Source: an uncultured Clostridia bacterium (GTDB lineage Bacteria; Bacillota; Clostridia; Oscillospirales; Acutalibacteraceae). Taken from it: a stretch of DNA of 59,667 nt. Positions 19,462-31,063 of this stretch are shown here, piece by piece (the first letter of the stretch is position 1; the number at the start of each line of letters is the position of its first letter). The notes beneath the pieces are model-generated. The model ran no database searches. It was not told the origin of the DNA and saw nothing but the letters and a program-made list of their open reading frames with translations. Both the position numbers and the translations under genes were made by a program. The DNA lies in the NCBI GenBank assembly GCA_947588875.1, contig CANPZK010000001.1:1-59667 (forward strand), written 5' to 3'.

Positions 19462-20586
19462 ATGTTCAGCGGAATAAAGCTCGCGGCTCTTTGCGTGTTC
19501 GGAACAGAGGGAATAACGGCGGGCGAATTGAGAAGAATGGGAGCGGAAAACGTGACGGCGGAAAACGGTCGGGTGGTATTCGACTATTCGCCGGAGATGC
19601 TCGTTCGCGCGAATTTGCGTTGCCGCTATTGTGAAAGAATAGTTTTGCTCGTGGGAGTGTTCACGGCGGCGAGCTTTGAGCAGCTGTTTGATAATATCGG
19701 CAAAATACCGTGGGAAAGGATAATCGGCAGGGACGGCGAATTTCCCGTAAACGGCAGCAGCCTCAGCTCGAAGCTGTCGAGCGTTCCGGCGTGCCAGAAA
19801 ATCATAAAGAAGTCAATATCAAAGCGGCTAATGAATTTCTATAAGACCTCCTACTGCGAGGAAACGGGCGCGCTTTACAGAGTGAGCTTTGTCGCGATAA
19901 AGGATAAATTTTCAATAATGGTCGATACGAGCGGTCAGGGACTGCACAAGAGGGGGTACAGAGCGCTGTCGATGGACGCGCCGATAAAGGAAACCCTTGC
20001 CGCCGTTATTGCCGATTTGGCGGTCATAAAGTCCGAGCATACGGTGGTTGACCCGATGTGCGGCTCGGGGACGCTGCTTATTGAGGCGGCTTTAAAGGCG
20101 AAGAACATAGCGCCGGGCATAAAGCGCACATTTTCCTGCGAGCGGTGGGAGCAAATAGACAAGGAAATATGGCGCAGAGAGCGCAAGCTCGCGCTTGAGG
20201 GCGTTATAAGCGACTGCGGATTTGTGGGATACGGATATGACATAGACGAAAGCGCGATAAAGCTCGCGAGGGAAAACGCGGAAAAGGCGGGAGTGTCGTC
20301 CTGCCTGCATTTTGAATGTCGCGATATAAAAGACTACAAAAACGAGCATGAGCGCTGCACGGTCATATGCAACCCGCCCTACGGGGAACGGCTGCTCGAC
20401 TACGAAAGGGCGAGAGAGCTTTACCGCATAATGGGGGAGAGGTTCACTGCGGGAAAGGGCAAAAGCTATGTGATAATTTCCCCCGACGACGAATTTGAAA
20501 AATATTTCGGCAGACCGGCGGACAAGAGAAGAAAGGTGTATAACGGCAAGCTGAAGTGCCAGATATATATGTATTTTAAAGCGTGA
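19462..20586 (+). CDS. THUMP-domain class I SAM-dependent RNA methyltransferase (RlmL/YpsC-like)
   Basis: LHKRGYR, APIKETLAA, DPMCGSGT and NPPYGERL motifs. Confidence 0.92.
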   Translation: MFSGIKLAALCVFGTEGITAGELRRMGAENVTAENGRVVFDYSPEMLVRANLRCRYCERIVLLVGVFTAASFEQLFDNIGKIPWERIIGRDGEFPVNGSSLSSKLSSVPACQKIIKKSISKRLMNFYKTSYCEETGALYRVSFVAIKDKFSIMVDTSGQGLHKRGYRALSMDAPIKETLAAVIADLAVIKSEHTVVDPMCGSGTLLIEAALKAKNIAPGIKRTFSCERWEQIDKEIWRRERKLALEGVISDCGFVGYGYDIDESAIKLARENAEKAGVSSCLHFECRDIKDYKNEHERCTVICNPPYGERLLDYERARELYRIMGERFTAGKGKSYVIISPDDEFEKYFGRPADKRRKVYNGKLKCQIYMYFKA

Positions 20587-20783
20587 TAAAATCGGCGATT
20601 TTTGAGATATTAAACCGGAGCGGACTGCGCTGTGCGCGCGGTCTGCTTGCCGTAAAAGGAGAAAAAAATAAAAAACGCATTTGAGATTAGTTCACGAGCG
20701 GATATATTTGTAAATAAATTATTAAACCGTGCCTAAAAGGACAAAAAAGACTTGATTTTTCCATAAGATGGTATATAATAAAA

Positions 20784-20810
20784 TTAGCACTCGAAGATAG
20801 AGAGTGCTAA
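20784..20810 (+). promoter_or_regulatory. CIRCE element (HrcA operator)
   Basis: Perfect TTAGCACTC-N9-GAGTGCTAA just downstream of TATAAT (20774-20779) and upstream of groES. Confidence 0.97.
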
Positions 20811-20820
20811 AATTTCGTAA

Positions 20821-22794
<1,974 letters not shown>

Positions 22795-22830
22795 TAATAT
22801 TCAGGTTTTATTTGATTGATAAAGCTCTTA

Positions 22831-22865
22831 AAAACCCCGGGCGGCGCTTTGCCGTTCGGGGTTTT
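22831..22865 (+). terminator. groESL terminator
   Basis: AAAACCCCGGGCGGC/GCCGTTCGGGGTTTT. Confidence 0.8.
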
Positions 22866-22933
22866 GTTATGAATAAATGCGCCTCCTGCTTCTGATAATA
22901 AATACAAATCTTATTATACAGGGAGAGGATAAA

Positions 22934-23602
22934 ATGTTCAGACACGAAAAACAGCTATTCCGCACCGTCGGGGTGGAAAGACCGAATCCGCAGTACGCCG
23001 CTCTGCTTCAGGAACAGCTCGGCGGCGCGAACGGCGAGCTTAAAGCCGCAATGCAGTATATGTCGCAGAGCTTCAGAATAAAGGATCAGCAGATAAAGGA
23101 TTTATTTCTCGACATCGCCGCAGAGGAGCTTGGGCATATGGAGATGGTTGCTCAGACGATAAACCTTTTGAACGGACACGAGGTCGATTATGAGAAAATC
23201 GACGCGGGGGAGATACAGACCCACGTCCTTTTGGGGCTTAACCCCGGGCTGATAAACGCGTCGGGCTATTCGTGGACGGCGGACTATGTGAGTGTTACGG
23301 GGGATTTGTGCGCAGACCTGCTCTCGAATATCGCGTCGGAGCAGAGGGCGAAGGTTGTGTATGAATACCTTTACAGACAGATAGACGACAAGAAGGTCAG
23401 GGAAACGATAGACTTCCTGCTGAACAGAGAGGAGGCGCACAACGCGATGTTCCGCGAGGCGTTCAACAAGGTTCAGGACACCGGCTCGAACCGCGATTTC
23501 GGCACTACTAAGGCGGCGAGAATGTATTTCAGTATGTCCGAGCCGTCGCGCGGAGGAAACGTGTTCAAAAAGACCGAGGTCAAGCCGCCGTCGTTTAAGT
23601 GA
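22934..23602 (+). CDS. Manganese catalase family protein
   Basis: LQEQLGGANGEL.AAMQY, EELGH.E and REEAH motifs; ATG 22934 follows GGAGAGG. Confidence 0.92.
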   Translation: MFRHEKQLFRTVGVERPNPQYAALLQEQLGGANGELKAAMQYMSQSFRIKDQQIKDLFLDIAAEELGHMEMVAQTINLLNGHEVDYEKIDAGEIQTHVLLGLNPGLINASGYSWTADYVSVTGDLCADLLSNIASEQRAKVVYEYLYRQIDDKKVRETIDFLLNREEAHNAMFREAFNKVQDTGSNRDFGTTKAARMYFSMSEPSRGGNVFKKTEVKPPSFK

Positions 23603-23620
23603 TTAGCGGGCGCTCATTAC

Positions 23621-23758
23621 GGGGCGGCGACCGCCCTCTCCCGCCCTGCGGGCGGGAGAGGGCCATAACGCGGCGCGGCAGCTGCTCCGGGACCGCGCAT
23701 AAGCCTCTGCGCGCCGCGTTATAAACGGGCTGCCGCAGGCAGCCCGTGTCGCCGCCCC
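23621..23758. repeat. Cloverleaf palindromic element, copy 2 (core only)
   Basis: GGGGCGGCGAC/GTCGCCGCCCC closes three stems: GCCCTCTCCCGCCC-TGC, ATAACGCGGCGCG and ACGGGCTGCC-GCA. Confidence 0.85.
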
Positions 23759-23816
23759 CTAAGCCGCCTTCGGCGGCTCGCTGCCTAAAGCGGGAGCAAA
23801 AGCTTAAAATAATCAA

Positions 23817-23843
23817 AGGGCGCAGGATTTGCTCCTGCGCCCT
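23817..23843. terminator. Hairpin between convergent genes
   Basis: AGGGCGCAGGA/TCCTGCGCCCT. Confidence 0.6.
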
Positions 23844-23885
23844 AAGCGTAAACAAAATTAAAAAATTAACGCCAAAGATATGTAA

Positions 23886-24470
23886 TCAATATTCCCTGAG
23901 AAGCCTGATCCTGCCGATAAGCGGAAGCTCCTTCGCGTATCCCTTCACGGCGTTGTAAATGCCTATCGCGGCGAGAGCGACAAACGAGCCGTAGAAGATG
24001 ATGTAGATTATCCAATTCACAACAGCAACGGCAATCGCCGCGCCGACTCCGGCAAAGGCGGCAAGCCCGATAAGTCCGGTGATTATCGCGGTTACTATAT
24101 TCACGGCTATCAGATACAGACAGAGCGTGAGCCCCTGATTGCCGTGGAATCTCAGGTAGCGCGAATAAGGCTTAACTATCATCGGGATAAAGAAGAAGTA
24201 GCCCAGATAGCTGACAAGAGCGAGAACCTTGTTTTCCTGAACGTCGGACGCGTCCTGCATAGACGACTCGTCGTTGGTGTTAAAGAAGAAATCCTTTGTT
24301 TTATTGACCGCATCGTTTACGCCGGATTTCACCTTGTCCGATGTCGAGCCTTGGGGCGAACCGGCGGGAGAGCCGGTCGGAGGGGTGTGGTGCGCGACGC
24401 TTGAGCCGCATTTCGAGCAGAAAACAGCGCCGTCGCTTAATTCGGTTCCGCATTTTGGACAGATTATCAT
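23886..24470 (-). CDS. Zinc-ribbon membrane protein (DUF4870-like)
   Basis: CPKCG...FCSKCG; NKVLALVSYL...RFHGNQGL...ELPLIG. Confidence 0.8.
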   Translation of the reverse strand: MIICPKCGTELSDGAVFCSKCGSSVAHHTPPTGSPAGSPQGSTSDKVKSGVNDAVNKTKDFFFNTNDESSMQDASDVQENKVLALVSYLGYFFFIPMIVKPYSRYLRFHGNQGLTLCLYLIAVNIVTAIITGLIGLAAFAGVGAAIAVAVVNWIIYIIFYGSFVALAAIGIYNAVKGYAKELPLIGRIRLLREY

Positions 24471-24603
24471 AATAATACCTCCTGCTAAAATAGAAATATA
24501 TTTTGCGCCGCGCGGCGGCAGTCGGGAAATTATATAAATTTACATATAAGGTCGCCCGATATGCCGGTTGGCGGCGCGGTTTTATATATCGAGTCGGAAA
24601 AAA

Positions 24604-26022
24604 TTACATTCGGCCGATCATATCAATGAGCTTTTGCTCGGCAGCCGAAGCGTCGGCCTTGCCGCGGCTGTTCTTCATAACGAAGCCAACCAAAGCCTTT
24701 ATCGCCTTTGTCTTTCCGTTTTTGTAATCGGAAACGGCGTTCGGATTGGAGCTTACGGCTTGCCTGCAAAGCTCGTCGAGGGCGCTCTCGTCAAGCCCGC
24801 CCATATCGCTTTCGTCTATAAGCTCGCTCGGGGCCTTGCCGGTCTCAAGCATTTTCGAGAGAGTTTTCTTGGCGAGGTTCATCTTTATTTTGCCGTCGTC
24901 TATCAGCTTGATAAGCGTGTTGAGATTTTCTGCGCTCACCTTTATGTCAAACTCCTCTTTTGCGCCGTCGTTTTCGAGTATGGAGAAGATTTGTCCTATG
25001 ATAAAGTTGGCGGCAGTCCTCGGAGCCTTTGTTCCGGCGCTCGCCTTTTCAAAGAATTCCGCGACCTTTCTGTACTTGACAAGGAGCTTTGCGTCGTTTT
25101 CCGGTATTTCAAGCTCGTTTATATATCTTTCGAGCTTTTGGTCCGGCAGCTCCGGCAGCTCCGCTCTTATCCTCTCGACCTTTTCTCTCGGCACGCATAT
25201 GGTGACAAGATCAGGGTCGCGGAAGTAGCGGTAGTCGTTGGCGTCCTCCTTGCCTCTCATTGAGGAGGTCGTGTCGGTCGCCTCGTCGTATCTAAGAGTC
25301 TGCTGCTCGACCTTGCCGCCGTTTTCGATTATATCGACCTGACGGGAAAATTCATACTCCATCGCCTTTGCCATAAAGGTTATGGAATTCATATTCTTTA
25401 TTTCCGTGCGGGTGCCAAGCTCCTCGCTGCCCTGCGGCCTTACGGAAATATTCACGTCGCATCTCATCGAGCCTTCCTGCATACGGCAGTCGGATACGCC
25501 TATATATTTCATTATAAGCTGGAGCTTTTCAACGTATTCCTTAGCTTCCTCAGCCGAGCGAATATCCGGCTCGCTCACTATCTCGATAAGCGGCACGCCG
25601 CCCCTGTTGTAATCGACGTAGGTGTCGCCGTGATTGTGTATCAGCTTGCCCGCGTCCTCCTCTATGTGTATCCTCGTGAGGCGTATCTTCCTGCCGTTGC
25701 TGAGCTGAACATAACCGTTCAGACACAGCGGCTTGTCGTACTGCGATATTTGATAAGCCTTCGGAAGATCGGGGTAGCAGTAATTTTTTCTGTCCATCTT
25801 TGAAATTTCCGGAATTTCGCAGTTGGTCGCAAGCCCCGCCCTGATTGCGTAGTTTACGACCTGCTCGTTTAGCTTTGGGAGCGTGCCGGGCAGACCGATA
25901 CATATGGGGCAGCAGTGTGTGTTAGGCTCTCCGCCGAACTGAGTGGTACAGCCGCAGAATATTTTCGTGTTGGTCGCAAGCTCAACGTGAGTTTCAAGAC
26001 CGGCTACCATTTCGTATTTCAT
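24604..26022 (-). CDS. gatB: Asp/Glu-tRNA amidotransferase subunit B
   Basis: GLETHVEL, YPDLPKAYQISQ, EEDAGK and RCDVNIS motifs. Confidence 0.98.
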   Translation of the reverse strand: MKYEMVAGLETHVELATNTKIFCGCTTQFGGEPNTHCCPICIGLPGTLPKLNEQVVNYAIRAGLATNCEIPEISKMDRKNYCYPDLPKAYQISQYDKPLCLNGYVQLSNGRKIRLTRIHIEEDAGKLIHNHGDTYVDYNRGGVPLIEIVSEPDIRSAEEAKEYVEKLQLIMKYIGVSDCRMQEGSMRCDVNISVRPQGSEELGTRTEIKNMNSITFMAKAMEYEFSRQVDIIENGGKVEQQTLRYDEATDTTSSMRGKEDANDYRYFRDPDLVTICVPREKVERIRAELPELPDQKLERYINELEIPENDAKLLVKYRKVAEFFEKASAGTKAPRTAANFIIGQIFSILENDGAKEEFDIKVSAENLNTLIKLIDDGKIKMNLAKKTLSKMLETGKAPSELIDESDMGGLDESALDELCRQAVSSNPNAVSDYKNGKTKAIKALVGFVMKNSRGKADASAAEQKLIDMIGRM

Positions 26023-27488
26023 AGCTTTACCCCCATTTCGGCAGATTTGAATATATCCGCGCCGACGCTCTGCTCATACTGCCACGCGGCGTTTAATATC
26101 GTGTGTTCGCAGAAGGTGTTCCCTATAAGCTGCATTCCTATGGGCATACCCTTTGAGTTGAAGCCGCAGGGAACGGATACGGCGGGCAGACCGGCTATAT
26201 TTATCGGAACCGTGCAGATGTCGGTAAGATAGGTTTCTATCGGGTCGCTCACCGCCTTGCCGCACTCGAAAGCCGTCATAGGAACAGTCGGAGCAAGAAT
26301 TACGTCGCATTGCTCAAACGCGCCCCTGAACGATTTTACTATGGAACCCCTAAGATTTTGGGCCTTCTTGTAGTATGCGTCGTAATAGCCGGCGCTGAGA
26401 ACATAGGTGCCGAGGAGTATTCTGCGCTGAACCTCCTTGCCGAAGCCCTCGCTGCGCGTTTTGCATATCATATCGTTTACATCGTTATACTTTGGCGTTT
26501 TGTAGCCGTAGCGTATGCCGTCGTATCTTCCGAGGTTTGACGAGGCCTCGGCGCAGGCGATTATATAGTAAACGGGAAGAGCGTATTTGAGAGCCGGAAG
26601 GTCGAAGTAAACTATTTCGGCGCCAAGCTCCTCATAGACCTTTGCGGCGTTTAAAACCGCGTCCTTAACGTCGTCCTTTATGCCCTCGAGATATTCTCTC
26701 GCGATTCCTATTTTCATTCCCTTTATCGGATTTTTCAAGGACTCCGCCGCCGACTGCTTTTTCCCCTGCGACGTTGAGTCCATGGGGTCGTAGTCGGATA
26801 TTGCGTCGAAAACTATCGCCGCGTCCTCAACGCTTGTCGTTATAGGCCCTATCTGGTCAAGGCTCGACGCGTAGGCGATAAGTCCGTAGCGGGATACCGC
26901 GCCGTATGTAGGCTTTAGACCTACAATGCCGCAGAAGCTCGCCGGCTGGCGTATAGAGCCGCCCGTGTCCGAGCCTAAGCCGTAAGCCGCGATATTGCCG
27001 CCTACCGCGGAGGCAACGCCGCCAGAACTGCCGCCTGCCACATGGTTTGTGTTGTGCGGGTTTTTCGCGCCGCCGAAGCACGACGTTTCACACGACGAGC
27101 CCATTGCAAATTCGTCCATATTCGTTTTTCCTAAAAGCACCGCGCCCTGAGCCTTAAGAGCCTCCCATACCGTCGCGTTGTATATCGGCTTGTAGCCCTT
27201 TAATATTTTTGAACAGCAGGTGGTTTCTATGCCCTTTGTGGAGATGTTGTCCTTTAAGGTCATCGGTATTCCCTCAAGCGGTAAAAGCTCCTCGCCGCGC
27301 GCGATTTTTTTATCTACGGCTGCGGCGGCCTCAAGAGCCGTTTCGGGCGTTACGTTTACATAGGCGTTCAGTTCGCCGTTCAGCTTATCTATTTCGGAAA
27401 GATATTTTTTTGTTATCTCCGTGCAGGACGCTTCCTTGTTTTTCAGCATGGAGCTTATTTTGCTTATCCTGCCTTCGTTCGTGTTCAT
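26019..27488 (-). CDS. gatA: Asp/Glu-tRNA amidotransferase subunit A
   Basis: Amidase signature GGSSGG...GSDTGGSIRQPAS; SSNLGRYDG. Confidence 0.97.
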   Translation of the reverse strand: MNTNEGRISKISSMLKNKEASCTEITKKYLSEIDKLNGELNAYVNVTPETALEAAAAVDKKIARGEELLPLEGIPMTLKDNISTKGIETTCCSKILKGYKPIYNATVWEALKAQGAVLLGKTNMDEFAMGSSCETSCFGGAKNPHNTNHVAGGSSGGVASAVGGNIAAYGLGSDTGGSIRQPASFCGIVGLKPTYGAVSRYGLIAYASSLDQIGPITTSVEDAAIVFDAISDYDPMDSTSQGKKQSAAESLKNPIKGMKIGIAREYLEGIKDDVKDAVLNAAKVYEELGAEIVYFDLPALKYALPVYYIIACAEASSNLGRYDGIRYGYKTPKYNDVNDMICKTRSEGFGKEVQRRILLGTYVLSAGYYDAYYKKAQNLRGSIVKSFRGAFEQCDVILAPTVPMTAFECGKAVSDPIETYLTDICTVPINIAGLPAVSVPCGFNSKGMPIGMQLIGNTFCEHTILNAAWQYEQSVGADIFKSAEMGVKL

Positions 27489-27520
27489 CAGCAATCAGTC
27501 CTTTCAGCCTTTAAATTTCC

Positions 27521-27802
27521 TCAGAGCACTCTCTTCTTTACAAGAAAATGGTCGTTTTCGCTGTCGCCCGCGTTTTTGAGTATTTCCTCCGATTTCAAGG
27601 ACGGAACTACCTCGTCGGCTCTCAATACGTTGGAGAGATTGTTTATGTTGTCAAACTCCTCTCCGTCGTCGGAAGCGTTGTTTATCGTGTTCGCAAACTC
27701 GATTATTTCTCCCATATCCTTTGTCAAAGCGTCAAGCTCCTCCTCGGGAACAGAGAGCTTTGCAAGCCTTGCTATTTGCAGTATATCTTCATGCGTTACC
27801 AT
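27521..27802 (-). CDS. gatC: Asp/Glu-tRNA amidotransferase subunit C
   Basis: IARLAKL...NVLRADEV; located directly upstream of gatA. Confidence 0.95.
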   Translation of the reverse strand: MVTHEDILQIARLAKLSVPEEELDALTKDMGEIIEFANTINNASDDGEEFDNINNLSNVLRADEVVPSLKSEEILKNAGDSENDHFLVKKRVL

Positions 27803-27819
27803 TGTTTCACCTCGTTATT

Positions 27820-29568
27820 TTATCTCAGCTTAATGTGAACCTCTCTGAGCTGCTGCTCCGATACCTCGTTGGGCGCTCCGAGAAGTACGTCCTGCGCGTT
27901 GCTGTTCATCGGGAAGGCTATTACCTCGCGGATATTTTCCTCTCCGCACAATAGCATCAACATTCTGTCAACGCCCGGAGCCATTCCCGCGTGTGGCGGC
28001 GCGCCGTACTGGAACGCGTTATACAGCGATTGGAACTTCGTTTTAAGATCGTCCTCGGTATAACCGGCTATCTCAAACGCCTTTATCATAATATCGAGGT
28101 CGTGGTTCCTGACCGCGCCGGACGACAGCTCTACACCGTTGCATACAATGTCGTACTGGTAGGCGAGAATGTCGCAGGGATCCATATTTTCAAGCGCGTC
28201 CATACCGCCCTGAGGCATTGAGAACGGGTTGTGTGTGAATATCACCGCGCCGGTGTCCTCGTCGTGCTCGAACATCGGGAAATCGACGATGAAGCAAAGC
28301 TCAAAGCGGCTCTCGTCTATAATGCCGAGCCTTGAGGCGACCTCCGTCCTTATCTGACCGGCGAGCTTTGGAGCCTCCTCTGCGGAGTCGGCGATGAAGT
28401 AAATCACATCTCCCGCCTTTGACGCGTTTATCTCGATGAGCTTTTCGCGGTCGCCCTCCTTGAGGAACTTGTCGATAGGCCCGTCGAACGTCATATCCTC
28501 CCTGACCTTTACATAACCGAGACCCTTCATTCCGATGGAGAGCGCAAACTCCTCCATCTTTTTAAACCAGGTCTTTGACTGCTTTGCCGCGTCGGGAACA
28601 TTTATCGAGCGGACTGTTTTTTTAAGGAACGGCTTGAAGTCGGTCTCCTCAAACATATCGCTTATATCCTTTATGACGAGCGGATTTCTCAAATCCGGCT
28701 TATCCGTGCCGTAGGTTATCATGGCTTCCTTGTACGGTATCCTTTTAAACGGCGGTTTTGAAACCTGCTTGTCGCTGAATTTGGTGAATGTTTCGTAAAG
28801 CACCTGCTCGGCAACGTCGAATACGTCCTCCTGAGTCGCGAACGCCATTTCAAAGTCCAGCTGATAAAACTCACCGGGAGAGCGGTCGGCTCTTGCGTCC
28901 TCGTCGCGGAAGCACGGGGCTATCTGGAAATATTTATCAAAGCCCGAAACCATCAAAAGCTGCTTGAATATCTGCGGAGCCTGCGGCAGCGCGTAGAATT
29001 TTCCCTTGTGCTTTCTGCTTGGGATAAGGTAATCGCGTGCGCCCTCGGGCGAGCTTGCCGAGAGGATAGGCGTGTTTATTTCGCTGAAGCCCAGCTCGGT
29101 CATCTTTGCTCTGAGGAACGATATGACCTGAGATCGGAACAAAATATTATTGTGAACCTTCGGGTTCCTTAAATCGAGGAAACGGTATTTAAGCCTTACG
29201 TCCTCCTTGGTATCGGTAGAGTTGAGCACCTCAAAGGGCAGGCTGTTTTTGCATTTGCCAATGACCTTAAGCTCGTCTGCGGCTATCTCCACGGTGCCGG
29301 TCGCTATTTTCGGATTTATCGTGTCCTCGTCGCGCTTAACGACCTTGCCGCTCACGGTGACGGTACATTCCTTGTTGACGTCCTTTAAAAGCTCGTCGTC
29401 ATGCACTACGACCTGAACTACGCCGTACTGGTCGCGGACGTCGATAAACATAACGCCGCCGTGGTCGCGTATTGTTTCGACCCAGCCGGAAGCCCTTACG
29501 GTTTTGCCTATATCGCTTTCTCTCAGATCGCCGCAAAGGTGGGTGCGGTATTCGTTTTCTCTTATCAT
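27820..29568 (-). CDS. aspS: Aspartate--tRNA ligase (probably non-discriminating Asp/Asn)
   Basis: RTHLCG, RDHGG, EGARDY, YALPQAPQ, CFRDED and GAPPHAG motifs. Confidence 0.97.
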   Translation of the reverse strand: MIRENEYRTHLCGDLRESDIGKTVRASGWVETIRDHGGVMFIDVRDQYGVVQVVVHDDELLKDVNKECTVTVSGKVVKRDEDTINPKIATGTVEIAADELKVIGKCKNSLPFEVLNSTDTKEDVRLKYRFLDLRNPKVHNNILFRSQVISFLRAKMTELGFSEINTPILSASSPEGARDYLIPSRKHKGKFYALPQAPQIFKQLLMVSGFDKYFQIAPCFRDEDARADRSPGEFYQLDFEMAFATQEDVFDVAEQVLYETFTKFSDKQVSKPPFKRIPYKEAMITYGTDKPDLRNPLVIKDISDMFEETDFKPFLKKTVRSINVPDAAKQSKTWFKKMEEFALSIGMKGLGYVKVREDMTFDGPIDKFLKEGDREKLIEINASKAGDVIYFIADSAEEAPKLAGQIRTEVASRLGIIDESRFELCFIVDFPMFEHDEDTGAVIFTHNPFSMPQGGMDALENMDPCDILAYQYDIVCNGVELSSGAVRNHDLDIMIKAFEIAGYTEDDLKTKFQSLYNAFQYGAPPHAGMAPGVDRMLMLLCGEENIREVIAFPMNSNAQDVLLGAPNEVSEQQLREVHIKLR

Positions 29569-29826
29569 AATATGACGTTCCTTTCGGGTAATATTTTTCC
29601 TCTAACGCAGATTATCGCATTATTAAGTCATTATAGCATTATTTAGTAATTTGTTCAATATTTTGAGCGTAAAAATTCCCATTAAAATGAAAACAGGGGC
29701 ATATTATTTCGGCTTTTGGCGGATTTGGCTCATATATCGGCAAATTCTCTTTAAAATTTTCACTGTATATGATATACTGTTTTTATAAGGAAATTTGCAT
29801 AAAGCAAAATCAAATTAAAAAACGGA

Positions 29827-30510
29827 GTGATAGAAATGGACGGCAATCTTGCAAGCGTGATAGACCTTAGAATCAAAAGGACTATGGACGGCTTAACAAA
29901 AAATAATATGGAGGCGTACTGCTGCGAAAACGCGGAGGAAGCTCGCGAGCTTTTTAAAAGGCTGGTCAAGGCGGGAGATACCGTGACCCACGGCGGCTCG
30001 GTCACTTTGAAGCAGCTTGGGATAACGGAGCTTTTGTCGAGCGGGGAGTATGACTACCTCGACAGGGGCAAGCCGGGCATGACGCGCGAGGATATAGAGG
30101 AGGTTTATCGCAAGACGTACAGCGCCGACGTATTTTTAACGAGCGCTAACGCCGTTACCGAAAGCGGCGAGCTTTACAATGTGGACGGCAACTCCAACCG
30201 TGTGTCGGCTATCCTTTACGGCCCGAAGTCGGTTCTGGTGTTCGTCGGAATCAACAAGCTGGTCAGGAATATAGACGAGGCGGTGACAAGGGTCAAGACC
30301 ACGGCGGCTCCGCCAAACACCATGAGGCTCGGCTGCGACACGCCGTGCAGCAAGACCGGCGAGTGCGTTTCGCTGAAAAAGAGCGGCGCGTCGATGTGCG
30401 ACGGCTGCGGCTCAGATGCTCGGATTTGCTGTAATTATGTTGTGTCCGCAAAGCAAAGACACAAAAACAGAATCAAGGTTATTATTGTCAAGGAGGAGCT
30501 TGGTTATTAA
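29827..30510 (+). CDS. LUD-domain (lactate utilization/YkgG-like) protein with a Cys cluster
   Basis: GGSVTL, SANAVTESGELYNVDGNSNRV and GINK motifs; Cys-rich C-terminus ending in ELGY. Confidence 0.85.
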   Translation: MIEMDGNLASVIDLRIKRTMDGLTKNNMEAYCCENAEEARELFKRLVKAGDTVTHGGSVTLKQLGITELLSSGEYDYLDRGKPGMTREDIEEVYRKTYSADVFLTSANAVTESGELYNVDGNSNRVSAILYGPKSVLVFVGINKLVRNIDEAVTRVKTTAAPPNTMRLGCDTPCSKTGECVSLKKSGASMCDGCGSDARICCNYVVSAKQRHKNRIKVIIVKEELGY

Positions 30511-30536
30511 TTATATGTACGGATAGCCCGCGAATA

Positions 30537-30761
30537 CTGTCGCGCGCTCCCGTTTTAAGGCTGTGCGTGAGGCGGGATTCGGGCGGCGACCGCTCCCCCG
30601 CGCCCCTGCGGGCGCGGGGGAGCAAAAAACGCGGCGGCACAACTGCCCAAAACAGAGGAAAATCCTTTGACCACCGCGTTTTTCCGCGCGGCTGCGCCGC
30701 GCCGGTCGCCGCCCAAAGCTATCCGTCCGCACAATACAGCAGGGCAAAGCACGCGCGACAG
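30537..30761. repeat. Cloverleaf palindromic element, copy 3 (225 bp)
   Basis: Ends CTGTCGCGCG/CGCGCGACAG; core 30581-30714. Confidence 0.9.
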
Positions 30762-30771
30762 CCGACCCCGC

Positions 30772-30811
30772 AAAAAATCGGGTATCCGGACAAGCGCTCC
30801 GAATACCCGAT
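30772..30811 (-). terminator. Intrinsic terminator of the Asn-rich microprotein gene
   Basis: Minus strand ATCGGGTATTCGGA/TCCGGATACCCGAT-TTTTT. Confidence 0.85.
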
Positions 30812-30826
30812 AAATCAGAGAATAAA

Positions 30827-30997
30827 TCAGAAGCTCTGATTGTTGTTCTGATTATTGTTGTTAAAGCTGTTGCTTTTCTTGTTCTGGCCGTTGCTCTGGT
30901 TCTTGTTCTGGCTGTTGTTCTGATTGCTGTTCTGATTATTGTTTTGATTGTTGTTCTGGAAATTGTTATTGTTATTATTATTGTTGTTCTTGCTCAT
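30827..30997 (-). CDS. 56-aa Asn/Gln-rich microprotein (absent from the ORF track)
   Basis: MSKNNNNNNNNNFQNNNQNNNQNSNQNNSQNKNQSNGQNKKSNSFNNNNQNNNQSF*; RBS GGGAGGTGA 6 nt before ATG; mixed AAC/AAT codons; own terminator. Confidence 0.8.
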   Translation of the reverse strand: MSKNNNNNNNNNFQNNNQNNNQNSNQNNSQNKNQSNGQNKKSNSFNNNNQNNNQSF

Positions 30998-31063
30998 TAG
31001 TAGTCACCTCCCGACTGCTATTATTATTGACTCAGCGATTATTATTTATTCTATGGAGATAAT

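Noticed and set aside
24503-24580. Imperfect long hairpin downstream of gatB
   Set aside because: Weak pairing and no recognisable family; probably a degenerate terminator.
29569-29826. T-box leader upstream of aspS
   Set aside because: No T-box antiterminator motif or leader terminator is visible; the region is an AT-rich divergent promoter region.
30827-30997. Treating the (TTG/TTA)n tract as a non-coding microsatellite
   Set aside because: The RBS, ATG, frame-preserving synonymous variation, stop codon and terminator favour a coding gene.
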